Source: Candidatus Woesearchaeota archaeon (GTDB taxonomy: Archaea; Nanobdellota; Nanobdellia; Woesearchaeales; GW2011-AR9). From it: 54,842 nucleotides of DNA. Both the position numbers and the translations under genes were made by a program. The notes beneath the pieces are model-generated. The model was given only the letters and a program-made list of their open reading frames with translations, had not been told where the DNA came from and did no database searches. The stretch lies in the NCBI GenBank assembly GCA_018664115.1, contig JABJOX010000055.1, positions 1-54,842 of the forward strand. The letters are read 5' to 3'. Every line of letters begins with the position of its first letter. Within the stretch, counting starts at the first letter, position 1. Below are positions 8,340 to 16,126 of the stretch, piece after piece.

Positions 8340-9698
8340 TTACTTCTTCTCTAATTTTTCTATCTTCTTATCTCGCATACCAAGTTTTTCATCAAGCTTA
8401 TCATTTTCATGGCTAAGCTTGATTATTTCCTTTTGTTTTTCTTTACTTTCAGCTTCAGTTTTCTTAATAGAATATTCTTTTCTTTCAATCTCTGCGTTTA
8501 GTTTGGAAATTTCTTTTTCCAACTTTTTAATTTCATTTTCTTGATCCTGATTTGAAACTTCTAAAGCTTTATACTTATCTTTTTCCTTCTTAATCCTTCT
8601 AAGCTCTTTATTAAAATAATCTGCACGTTCTTCTTCATCAAAGTTTTTTACAATTTCTTTGTATTCTTTCCGATCTTTAACAGGAGTAATTTGTATTTGT
8701 TCAGTTTCATCTTTTGAAGAGAACAAATAGTAACCTAACCCTGCAGTTTTTAATTTTTGAAAATTAACTTTAGGTATCCTTAATTGTTTTGAGAGGAAGA
8801 CTGCATCTTTATCTAATGATTCTTGGAAAGCAATAATAGTTCCGGCATTAGCCAAAATAGTTTCTGAGAAGTCTGTAGGCCTCTGTGAAGCTAGAATAAT
8901 ACCAACACCATACTTTCTAGACTCTCTCAATAATAATTCAACAGGAGAGCCTGGATACATCATTCGATGTGCTTCATCAATGATAATGTAAAGCCAATAA
9001 TCTTCACACTTTCCTTTAATGTACAGAAAGTTAACTAGTTTTTTTAATAATAAATCTGCTACCAATGCTTTAACTTCATCTGTAGGAAAATCTAATAATT
9101 CAATTACACTTAGATTTTTTATGATAGTGTCTAATGATAAAGAAGTACCATCAGCTTCCATGAACAGATCAACATCGAATAAAACTGAGATTTTTGCTAA
9201 TAGTTTTGGTACGCCTTGATTCTTTATTGGCGTATCGAAAATAATATCTCTGAAAAATGAGAATGGTAACAATTCGATATCGCCGTTGTTTGCTTTTTTA
9301 ATATCTTTAATACCTGACTTTAAGTAGAATGCTTTAATCGCTTCCCTAATAATAGCTTCTTGCACATCTCCTAAAGAGAAAACACTAGCAATCATTTTAG
9401 AAACTTTATAACAAACATCTAACGGCTTTTCATTAATTTGTACTTCTAACGGATGTAAAGTTGCTTTATCTATCTGTACTAAATTGTCTGCGAAAACTTT
9501 GAAATCATTATGAAAGTCTAGAATTATTGAGTTGATTTTACTCTTCTTTAATTCCAACATAATCGCTTTAAGAGTTTCTGTTTTCCCTGATCCTGAACCG
9601 CCTACTGTGATTAGATGCGGGTTCTTTTCTTGCTTCGGATTCCAGAATACTTTGTTTTTATTGCTAGTTCCCAAGTATACAGACAGTTCTTTAGTCAT
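8340..9698 (-). CDS. HerA/FtsK-superfamily ATPase (DUF87-type) with C-terminal coiled coil
   Basis: NPH + Walker A GGSGSGKT, Walker B IIIDEAH, LRESRKYGVGIILASQ; K/E heptad tail. Confidence 0.85.
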   Translation of the reverse strand: MTKELSVYLGTSNKNKVFWNPKQEKNPHLITVGGSGSGKTETLKAIMLELKKSKINSIILDFHNDFKVFADNLVQIDKATLHPLEVQINEKPLDVCYKVSKMIASVFSLGDVQEAIIREAIKAFYLKSGIKDIKKANNGDIELLPFSFFRDIIFDTPIKNQGVPKLLAKISVLFDVDLFMEADGTSLSLDTIIKNLSVIELLDFPTDEVKALVADLLLKKLVNFLYIKGKCEDYWLYIIIDEAHRMMYPGSPVELLLRESRKYGVGIILASQRPTDFSETILANAGTIIAFQESLDKDAVFLSKQLRIPKVNFQKLKTAGLGYYLFSSKDETEQIQITPVKDRKEYKEIVKNFDEEERADYFNKELRRIKKEKDKYKALEVSNQDQENEIKKLEKEISKLNAEIERKEYSIKKTEAESKEKQKEIIKLSHENDKLDEKLGMRDKKIEKLEKK

Positions 9699-9805
9699 TT
9701 GTCCGATATATACGTATTATGGGCTTTAAGAATCTTTTGGTTATTTGTAGGAAATGGTGCTGTTTGTGTGATATATCTGAATGGGGGGTTGTTATAGAGG
9801 AAGTT

Positions 9806-10852
9806 TTAAACATTTACACCCATTTTTCTTAATTTGTCTGTTAATTTAATTTCTAAATCATCCAAATCTTCCTTTTTAAATTCAATCAATGTTGTTTTTG
9901 ACTCTTTATATAAACGTTTTTTCTTTTTCATGTCTCGATCATAATCAAGATCACCCATCATACCCCAATATTCGATAACAACATTAAATTCACCTAAATA
10001 AAAATCTGGCCTAATCCAATTAGTTTTGTAACCATTTTCATTTCTTTCATTACCTTCTAATGTGATCTGTTCATCATAATCAAAAGAAATATTATTTTTA
10101 AACAAAAAATCAGCTATTTTTCTCTCTCCGTTTGATTGTACCCTTATTCCAGAATCTGTAGTTATTACTTTCTTTTCTTCTATTTCATTTTCAAAATTAT
10201 TATTTGAAGAAATAAGCGGTTCATCAATGGTATTATTATTTTCATCCTCTAATTCATCCTCTTCCATTAATTCTGGATTTTGTTCAATAAAAAGAGTCTC
10301 TAATTCTTCCATTTTTTCTGAAGATAATATTTTATTAAGAGCAATATTAATTTCTGAAGCGTCTTCAAGCATTTTTACTTTATTAAATATATTTTCAATG
10401 GTCATTATTCGTTCTCCCATCTTTTTAATTAAAGAAAAATTCACTTCAGTTTTATTAACTTCATTGGATAACAAATCAAGAAGTAATTCAACATAATCTG
10501 AAAAGAGAAGATAATATTTTTTCTTGGCTATTTTTTCTTGTAATTTCTGATTGTGATATTCATATAAATTAAATAATCTATCTAATGAATAAAAAAGTTT
10601 TTGCTTACAAATCATTTCAATTATAAACACTTTATTACAATATCTAAAAGATTCATCAAAAGAATGATTTATTAAATATTTTGATTTGTCAGAAAAATGG
10701 ACTTTTATTTTCTTAGTTTCTTTAAGATCCTCTTTGAGTTTAGAGACATAATTCTTATTTACTGTTTTAAATTTTCCATCAATCCCTTTAATCAATTCTA
10801 CTTCCTTTGGGCTCCAAATTCTTTTATCCGATAAAAAACATTTAATTACCAT
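9806..10852 (-). CDS. protein with C-terminal PD-(D/E)xK-like (DUF559/helicase-IV-tail-like) nuclease domain
   Basis: TDSGIRVQSNGERKIADFL...RPDFYL...VIEYWGM. Confidence 0.7.
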   Translation of the reverse strand: MVIKCFLSDKRIWSPKEVELIKGIDGKFKTVNKNYVSKLKEDLKETKKIKVHFSDKSKYLINHSFDESFRYCNKVFIIEMICKQKLFYSLDRLFNLYEYHNQKLQEKIAKKKYYLLFSDYVELLLDLLSNEVNKTEVNFSLIKKMGERIMTIENIFNKVKMLEDASEINIALNKILSSEKMEELETLFIEQNPELMEEDELEDENNNTIDEPLISSNNNFENEIEEKKVITTDSGIRVQSNGERKIADFLFKNNISFDYDEQITLEGNERNENGYKTNWIRPDFYLGEFNVVIEYWGMMGDLDYDRDMKKKKRLYKESKTTLIEFKKEDLDDLEIKLTDKLRKMGVNV

Positions 10853-10905
10853 TTTAAATTGATTTTTGATTACTTATATATAAAATTTATTTAAGATTAA
10901 TCAAA

Positions 10906-11010
10906 TTATTGCCTCCTTATCTTTCTAACAACCCATTTTCCCTGTATGTAAAATCCTAAAAACATACTAAAAGTAAAATAAAGTGTTAAAATAAGTGTTA
11001 ATGCATCCAT
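10906..11010 (-). CDS. 34-aa single-TM micro-protein (not in ORF track)
   Basis: MDALTLILTLYFTFSMFLGFYIQGKWVVRKIRRQ, preceded by a strong SD (GGAGG AAATTAAA ATG). Confidence 0.55.
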   Translation of the reverse strand: MDALTLILTLYFTFSMFLGFYIQGKWVVRKIRRQ

Positions 11011-11049
11011 TTTAATTTCCTCCAAATATTAAAAATCACTTTAGTTAAT

Positions 11050-11333
11050 TTAACCATATTTCTTTATGATCGCTCTTTTTTCTGAAGCACTTTTACGTTT
11101 CATTGTTTTTTCAGCTTTTCGAGGATTACTCGACCAAAATTTTGTTTTTCCTTCAAACTTTTTTCCTTTAGATATCCATTGACTCATTTTTAATACCCCC
11201 CACAACTATCTTTATGTTCTTTCCATCTTTTCGAAGTTGATCTTCTAGTCATTCCAACATAAACTTTCTTCTTTCCATCTTTTCGAGTACTTACACCAGT
11301 ATATACCCAGCCACCTTTTTTCTTATTTGCCAT
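11050..11333 (-). pseudogene. GIY-YIG nuclease split by a frameshift at a G6 run (not in ORF track)
   Basis: Frame A: MANKKKGGWVYTG...KVYVGMT...KRWKEHKDSCGGY*. Frame B: VLKMSQWISKG...PRKAEKTMKRKSASEKRAII. One extra G joins them. The start overlaps the upstream stop (TAATG). Confidence 0.65.
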
Positions 11334-11620
11334 TATTTATACCTCCTACCTTTTGCCGCGTTTCTTTGTCTCACTACATTTCCTTTTCCGCCCCTACCAT
11401 GTCCCCTGGAGACTCTTGGCCTATATTTATGGGCTAAAATTCCTATTTCTTCAGGTTTAGGGATTGTATGTCCTAGCTCGTCAAGTGCTTTATCAAAGAT
11501 TACCTGAACAGAAAGATTGTGTTTATCTATGAATTCCATCTGTGAAGGATAAAGTCTTATATTTGCTCGACAGATCCTTCTTTCACGTTGAAATATATTT
11601 TTTACATCTTCAAGTTTCAT
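11333..11620 (-). CDS. small basic DNA-binding protein (RHH/CopG-like), likely start ATG 11620
   Basis: RANIRLYPSQMEFIDKHNLSVQVIFDKALDEL strand-helix-helix pattern; SD GAGGTGA; basic tail. Confidence 0.55.
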   Translation of the reverse strand: MKLEDVKNIFQRERRICRANIRLYPSQMEFIDKHNLSVQVIFDKALDELGHTIPKPEEIGILAHKYRPRVSRGHGRGGKGNVVRQRNAAKGRRYK

Positions 11621-11645
11621 TTTGTTTGTCACCTCGCACGTTTAG

Positions 11646-11657
11646 TTGTACGTACAA
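11646..11657. promoter_or_regulatory. perfect 12-bp palindrome, candidate operator
   Basis: TTGTACGTACAA between the TATA box (about 11675-11683) and the SD of the RHH-like gene. Confidence 0.5.
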
Positions 11658-11727
11658 ACAGTAAGTACGGCTGAATATATAAATGTTTTGGTGATTGAGA
11701 ATATGAATTTATAAATAGATTATTTCT

Positions 11728-11760
11728 TCAGAAGCTTCTTTGTGTCTAAGAAGCTTTTGA
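11728..11760 (-). terminator. hairpin downstream of the 11770 gene
   Basis: AAGCTTCTT-7 nt-AAGAAGCTT stem (11732-11756), extendable by TCA/TGA. Confidence 0.35.
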
Positions 11761-11769
11761 GAGAACCAT

Positions 11770-12267
11770 TTAGTTCTTGATAACATTTGCTTTAATCAAA
11801 TCTTCTCTTAATATGCTACAACCAAAAATTTGTAAATCTTCACCAAAAACCTGAATTAATTTAATTCCTTCTTGTTGATAAAGTGCAATCTTTATCTTAG
11901 CTCTCTCATCATAATCTGGCTTATTAGAATTACCATATTTCATGCCCCAATATTCAATATATATCTTTGTCCCTTTAATAAGAAAATCAGGCCTCGCCCT
12001 TTGTACATAATCAGGTGTTTCTTCTTTACCAAATTCAACAAGAACATCGTATTCAAAATCAACATTATTACTCCATAAAAAATCAGCGATCTTTTTCTCA
12101 CCAAAAGACTGAACTTTAATTCCACTTTTAGTAGGTATAGTACACTTTTCTTTGACCATCTTTTCAAATTCTTTTGAATCTATTGGCGCAGGATTATATT
12201 TAGAATACTTTTGAACCCTGATTACTTTCCTGATAGGATTTCCATTCTCATCATAACTTACTCCCAT
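11770..12267 (-). CDS. stand-alone PD-(D/E)xK-like nuclease, paralog of the 9806-10852 C-terminal domain
   Basis: TKSGIKVQSFGEKKIADFL...RPDFLI...IYIEYWGM. Confidence 0.72.
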   Translation of the reverse strand: MGVSYDENGNPIRKVIRVQKYSKYNPAPIDSKEFEKMVKEKCTIPTKSGIKVQSFGEKKIADFLWSNNVDFEYDVLVEFGKEETPDYVQRARPDFLIKGTKIYIEYWGMKYGNSNKPDYDERAKIKIALYQQEGIKLIQVFGEDLQIFGCSILREDLIKANVIKN

Positions 12268-12362
12268 TTTAATTATATCTCATTAATTAGGTATTATATA
12301 AATAACTTATGATGTTCTCAATCACCAAAATCTATTTTAATTAACGTTGTATTTAGTTCAAT

Positions 12363-13022
12363 ATGCAAATAAAAGAAATGCCTTGGTGGAACAAACCGCA
12401 TCATCGGCTGAGAAGTAAAGGAGAAAGTAAACTTAATCCAGCAGAACTATTATCTTTAATTCTTTGGAGTGGGAAGAAAGGAGAAAATGCAATTGATGTT
12501 AGTAATAGGTTGTTGAACAAGTATAGTTTTAACAAACTAACTACCTTATCTTTAACAGAGTTAGAAAAAGAAGTAGGAAAAATACCTGCAGTTAAGATTA
12601 AAGCAATGTTTGAAATCTTTAAACTAACTAATTGGGTTAAAAGAGGCGGATTTAAACCAACAATAGAATCTGCTCAAGATGTTTACAATTACTTTGTAGA
12701 TTTTTTATCTGGGAAGAAGAAAGAACATTTCTATGTATTATGTTTAGATACAAAAAATAGAATTATTGAAAGAGAAGTTTTAGTTTCAAGAGGAACTTTA
12801 AATTCATCTTTAATACATCCCAGAGAAGTGTTTAAAGAAGCTATTAAACGAAGTGCTAATGCTGTTATTTTAGTACATAACCATCCTAGTGGCGATTGTA
12901 ACCCTAGTGATGAAGATTTACGTGTAACTGAGAAGTTAGTTTCTGCTGGTGAGTTATTAGGTATTAATGTCTTAGATCATGTCATTGTTGGTGAAGGTTG
13001 CTGGAGCTGGAAGGAGAGGTAA
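12363..13022 (+). CDS. radC: RadC (JAB/MPN domain) protein
   Basis: HPREVFKEAI, HNHPSGD.NPSDED and VLDHVIVG. Confidence 0.93.
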   Translation: MQIKEMPWWNKPHHRLRSKGESKLNPAELLSLILWSGKKGENAIDVSNRLLNKYSFNKLTTLSLTELEKEVGKIPAVKIKAMFEIFKLTNWVKRGGFKPTIESAQDVYNYFVDFLSGKKKEHFYVLCLDTKNRIIEREVLVSRGTLNSSLIHPREVFKEAIKRSANAVILVHNHPSGDCNPSDEDLRVTEKLVSAGELLGINVLDHVIVGEGCWSWKER

Positions 13023-13382
13023 TTATTTTAACATATTAAGATTGATATCAGGGAGTTTAAGATTATTTTCAAAAAAAGTCCTCCAAAGGGCTTTATTTTC
13101 TTTTTTATATTTATCATAAGCAATTCTAAGAGAAAAACGTAAATCATTTGCAATCTGTTCCATCAGTAATAAATATTTATTATCTTCCCTCTCAGATTTA
13201 TTAATCGTTGGGAAAAGTAACTTAAACTCATCAAGAAAATCCATAATTGTTTTATAAGCTTGATCCGAACTTAGTGATAATTTTTGGATTTCCTTAGATT
13301 TATTTATCCATCTTTCAACAAAATTTTTAATTAAATCTAAATTATTCTCACATGTTATTATTTTATTATTAACAATAATCAT
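13023..13382 (-). CDS. hypothetical protein coupled to hsdS
   Basis: 119-aa ORF with ATGA overlap with the hsdS stop. Confidence 0.55.
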   Translation of the reverse strand: MIIVNNKIITCENNLDLIKNFVERWINKSKEIQKLSLSSDQAYKTIMDFLDEFKLLFPTINKSEREDNKYLLLMEQIANDLRFSLRIAYDKYKKENKALWRTFFENNLKLPDINLNMLK

Positions 13383-14698
13383 ACTTTAACCTCAAAAGCT
13401 TCTCTTAATACTGCTTCCATTAACAGATTAGCATTTTTCTGATTTTCTTTAACTTTTATTTTTAATTCATCACAGAGTTTCATTAGTTGATCAATTTTTT
13501 CAACGATACGTTTTTGTTCGTTGAGTGGAGGAATTGGAATAATTAATTTTGGCATATCTGTTAAATTAAGTTTATTAGTATGTAAACCCCCAGCTTTAAT
13601 TTCAAGATATTGTTTATACATTATTGGAGAATTCATAAGTTGTTCAAAATAATCTTTATCAATAAAATTTGTGAAAAATTTTATTAGTCCTAAGCTTACG
13701 AAAATACTAAATTCTCTATCATCCCGAATTAATGCGCATCTGCCCAGTGTACCTATCCTACAAAACAACAGATCATTTTTTTCTGGTTTACAACGTTTAA
13801 TCAATTCTTTATGTTCATTTGAAGTAATGTGTCGGCAACTATTGTATGAGATCTTACCAAAATCAATATCTTTTATTGATAAAAATGGTACTCCTTCTTC
13901 TACATAACGAGGAGTATGATGAGTTCCATCTGTAATCTTGTAACAGACATCTATTATTCTAACAAAATCCCACCCACTTGGCAATTCAAACGGAATTTCT
14001 TCTTCTTTAATTGGAGGAAGAAATTTATCTTTTCTTATTTTTTTTTCTTTAATCATTTTTTCCTTCTCTTCTTTTATTTTCTTTAAAAGAACAGAAGCAG
14101 GTTCGTCATTTGGATTTTGAGAAATAATTTTTCCTTGTACTGCTTCTTGAAAAATTGCTTGACAAAGTTTATTTACGTAATTTTCGTTCTGGGCATAGAA
14201 ATGATTCATTTCATTAATCTCTTTACTGATATTATTGATTCTATCCCTAATATTCTCTTGGGTTGGTAAATCTGGAAGATCAATCTTAAGTGGTAAAAAG
14301 TGTTTTGGTTTCAATTCTGTTTTAATTCCACCCCTTACTTGACTTTGCATTACTTCCTTGAAAGTTCGACTCTTCAAAAACCATTTAAAGTAATCAATGT
14401 CAATTTGTGATTTATCAAAACCATAAGAGGAATAATGAATTGTAGCTAAAACATCTTCATCTCCTTGATAAATAGAAACCGCGCCCTTCTCAACGTTAAT
14501 ACCAGAAATAACTAAGTCTCCTTTCTTAATTAAAATCATATTAGTATTAGTTTGTTTACCCTCCAGTAAATGTATCTTTCCTGAAAAATCTATTTTATAC
14601 AATCTTTTTAATCCTAACTCATTTGCTTCAGCTGGTTTAAAACGATTCTTTCTCTCAGTTAAGAAAGAGCTAATCTCAATATTATTCCAAGTAGACAT
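13379..14698 (-). CDS. hsdS: type I R-M specificity subunit
   Basis: Two TRDs, EAVQGKI.SQNPNDEPAS, IPFELPSGW and PPLNEQKRIVEKIDQLM. Confidence 0.92.
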   Translation of the reverse strand: MSTWNNIEISSFLTERKNRFKPAEANELGLKRLYKIDFSGKIHLLEGKQTNTNMILIKKGDLVISGINVEKGAVSIYQGDEDVLATIHYSSYGFDKSQIDIDYFKWFLKSRTFKEVMQSQVRGGIKTELKPKHFLPLKIDLPDLPTQENIRDRINNISKEINEMNHFYAQNENYVNKLCQAIFQEAVQGKIISQNPNDEPASVLLKKIKEEKEKMIKEKKIRKDKFLPPIKEEEIPFELPSGWDFVRIIDVCYKITDGTHHTPRYVEEGVPFLSIKDIDFGKISYNSCRHITSNEHKELIKRCKPEKNDLLFCRIGTLGRCALIRDDREFSIFVSLGLIKFFTNFIDKDYFEQLMNSPIMYKQYLEIKAGGLHTNKLNLTDMPKLIIPIPPLNEQKRIVEKIDQLMKLCDELKIKVKENQKNANLLMEAVLREAFEVKV

Positions 14699-16126
14699 TT
14701 ACGAAGCCTCCTGAATTAATTTAAGTAATTCTTGAGTTTTATTCATGTTTTTCTCAATTTTACTAATTATTTCCTCTTTGCTTAATTGTTTTTCTTCTTC
14801 TATGACGTGTGGGTTCTTAGAATCTAAATTATAGTTCTTATTTTTTATTTCATCCATAGAAACTTTCCAGCAATATTGAGAAAATTTTACATCTTCCCTA
14901 TTATTCCACCATTCTTTCTCTAAACCAAATTCTGAATATCTAATTGGTTTGGTCTTTGTGTATTTTTTATAGCCTTCTGGTAGGGGATGTTCAAAATACC
15001 AAATATCTTTAGTTGGTTCTCCTTTTTTAAAGAATAATAAATTTGTATTTATATCAGTATAAGGACTAAAGACACCATTTGGAAGTTTAATAATAGTATG
15101 CAAATTAAAACCAGAAAGTAATTTATCTTTAATTCTAATAGCAACACCATCACCAGTCATTAAGCCTCCATCCGGAAGAACTATACCACATCTTCCTTCA
15201 TCTCTTAATAATTTCATTATCAAAACAACAAATAAATAAGCAGTTTCTTTAGTTCTATATAGAGAAGGGAAATTGAGTTCTACTCCTGGTTCAATTGCTC
15301 CGCCAAACGGAGGATTTGTAACAATAACATTAACCATATCGCTTGGACCATAACCAACTAATGGTTTCCCTAAGGAATCTTTATGTTCAACATTTGGCAC
15401 TTCAATATCATGCAATATTAAATTTGTAGTACACAGAAGATGAGGTAATGGTTTTAATTCAGAACCTAAAACATTTTTTTCAATTAGTTTATGCTCATCA
15501 ATATTTTTTACATTTTTTTTTAAATAATCTATAGAAGAAGTCAAAAATCCACCCGTCCCACAAGCAGGATCTAAAAGAAGTTCTTTTGTTTTAGGGCCTA
15601 CCATATCAACAATAAACCTAGTTACTGGCCTTGGCGTATAAAATTCCCCATAATCCCCTGCACTTTGTAACTCTTTTAATATCCCTTCATAGATATCATT
15701 AAATAAATGTCTGTCTTCACTTTTATTAAAGTCAATTTGATTTAATTTATTTATTACTTGCCTAATTAAAACACCATTTTTCATATAATTTATAGAATCT
15801 TCAAATAGTGATTTAACAATAAATCCTTTTGGGTTACCATCTGGAGTAGCACTTATTTCTTTTAATTTTTTAAACATCTCTTCAATAAATTTTAAGAGTT
15901 CTTCTCCAGTAATGCCTTCATTATTGGCTGCCCAACTCCTCCATCTGAATTTTTCTGGGATTATTGATATATATCCCTCTTCTAACCCCCATTCTTTTTC
16001 TTTGTCATCAAAAACTTTAAGAAAAATCATCCAAACTAATTGTTCAATTCTTTGAGCATCCCCGTTAATGCCTCGATCTTTTCTCATGATATCCCTTATT
16101 GATTTAATAACTCCCGATATTGCCAA
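14699..16126 (-). CDS. hsdM: type I R-M N6-adenine methyltransferase (probable TTG start at 16126)
   Basis: GEFYTPR, DPACGTGGF and NPPF; SD GGAGGTG before TTG. Confidence 0.95.
   Translation of the reverse strand: MAISGVIKSIRDIMRKDRGINGDAQRIEQLVWMIFLKVFDDKEKEWGLEEGYISIIPEKFRWRSWAANNEGITGEELLKFIEEMFKKLKEISATPDGNPKGFIVKSLFEDSINYMKNGVLIRQVINKLNQIDFNKSEDRHLFNDIYEGILKELQSAGDYGEFYTPRPVTRFIVDMVGPKTKELLLDPACGTGGFLTSSIDYLKKNVKNIDEHKLIEKNVLGSELKPLPHLLCTTNLILHDIEVPNVEHKDSLGKPLVGYGPSDMVNVIVTNPPFGGAIEPGVELNFPSLYRTKETAYLFVVLIMKLLRDEGRCGIVLPDGGLMTGDGVAIRIKDKLLSGFNLHTIIKLPNGVFSPYTDINTNLLFFKKGEPTKDIWYFEHPLPEGYKKYTKTKPIRYSEFGLEKEWWNNREDVKFSQYCWKVSMDEIKNKNYNLDSKNPHVIEEEKQLSKEEIISKIEKNMNKTQELLKLIQEAS

Larger units (their letters stand above)
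11686..12330. repeat. perfect 16-bp inverted repeats flanking the 11770-12267 nuclease gene
   Basis: TTTTGGTGATTGAGAA at 11686-11701 and TTCTCAATCACCAAAA at 12315-12330. Confidence 0.8.

Noticed and set aside
8340-9698. HerA as housekeeping HerA-NurA, Dnd/Pbe or conjugative VirB4/VirD4
   Set aside because: No nurA/mre11/rad50, dnd or T4SS membrane genes are in the window.
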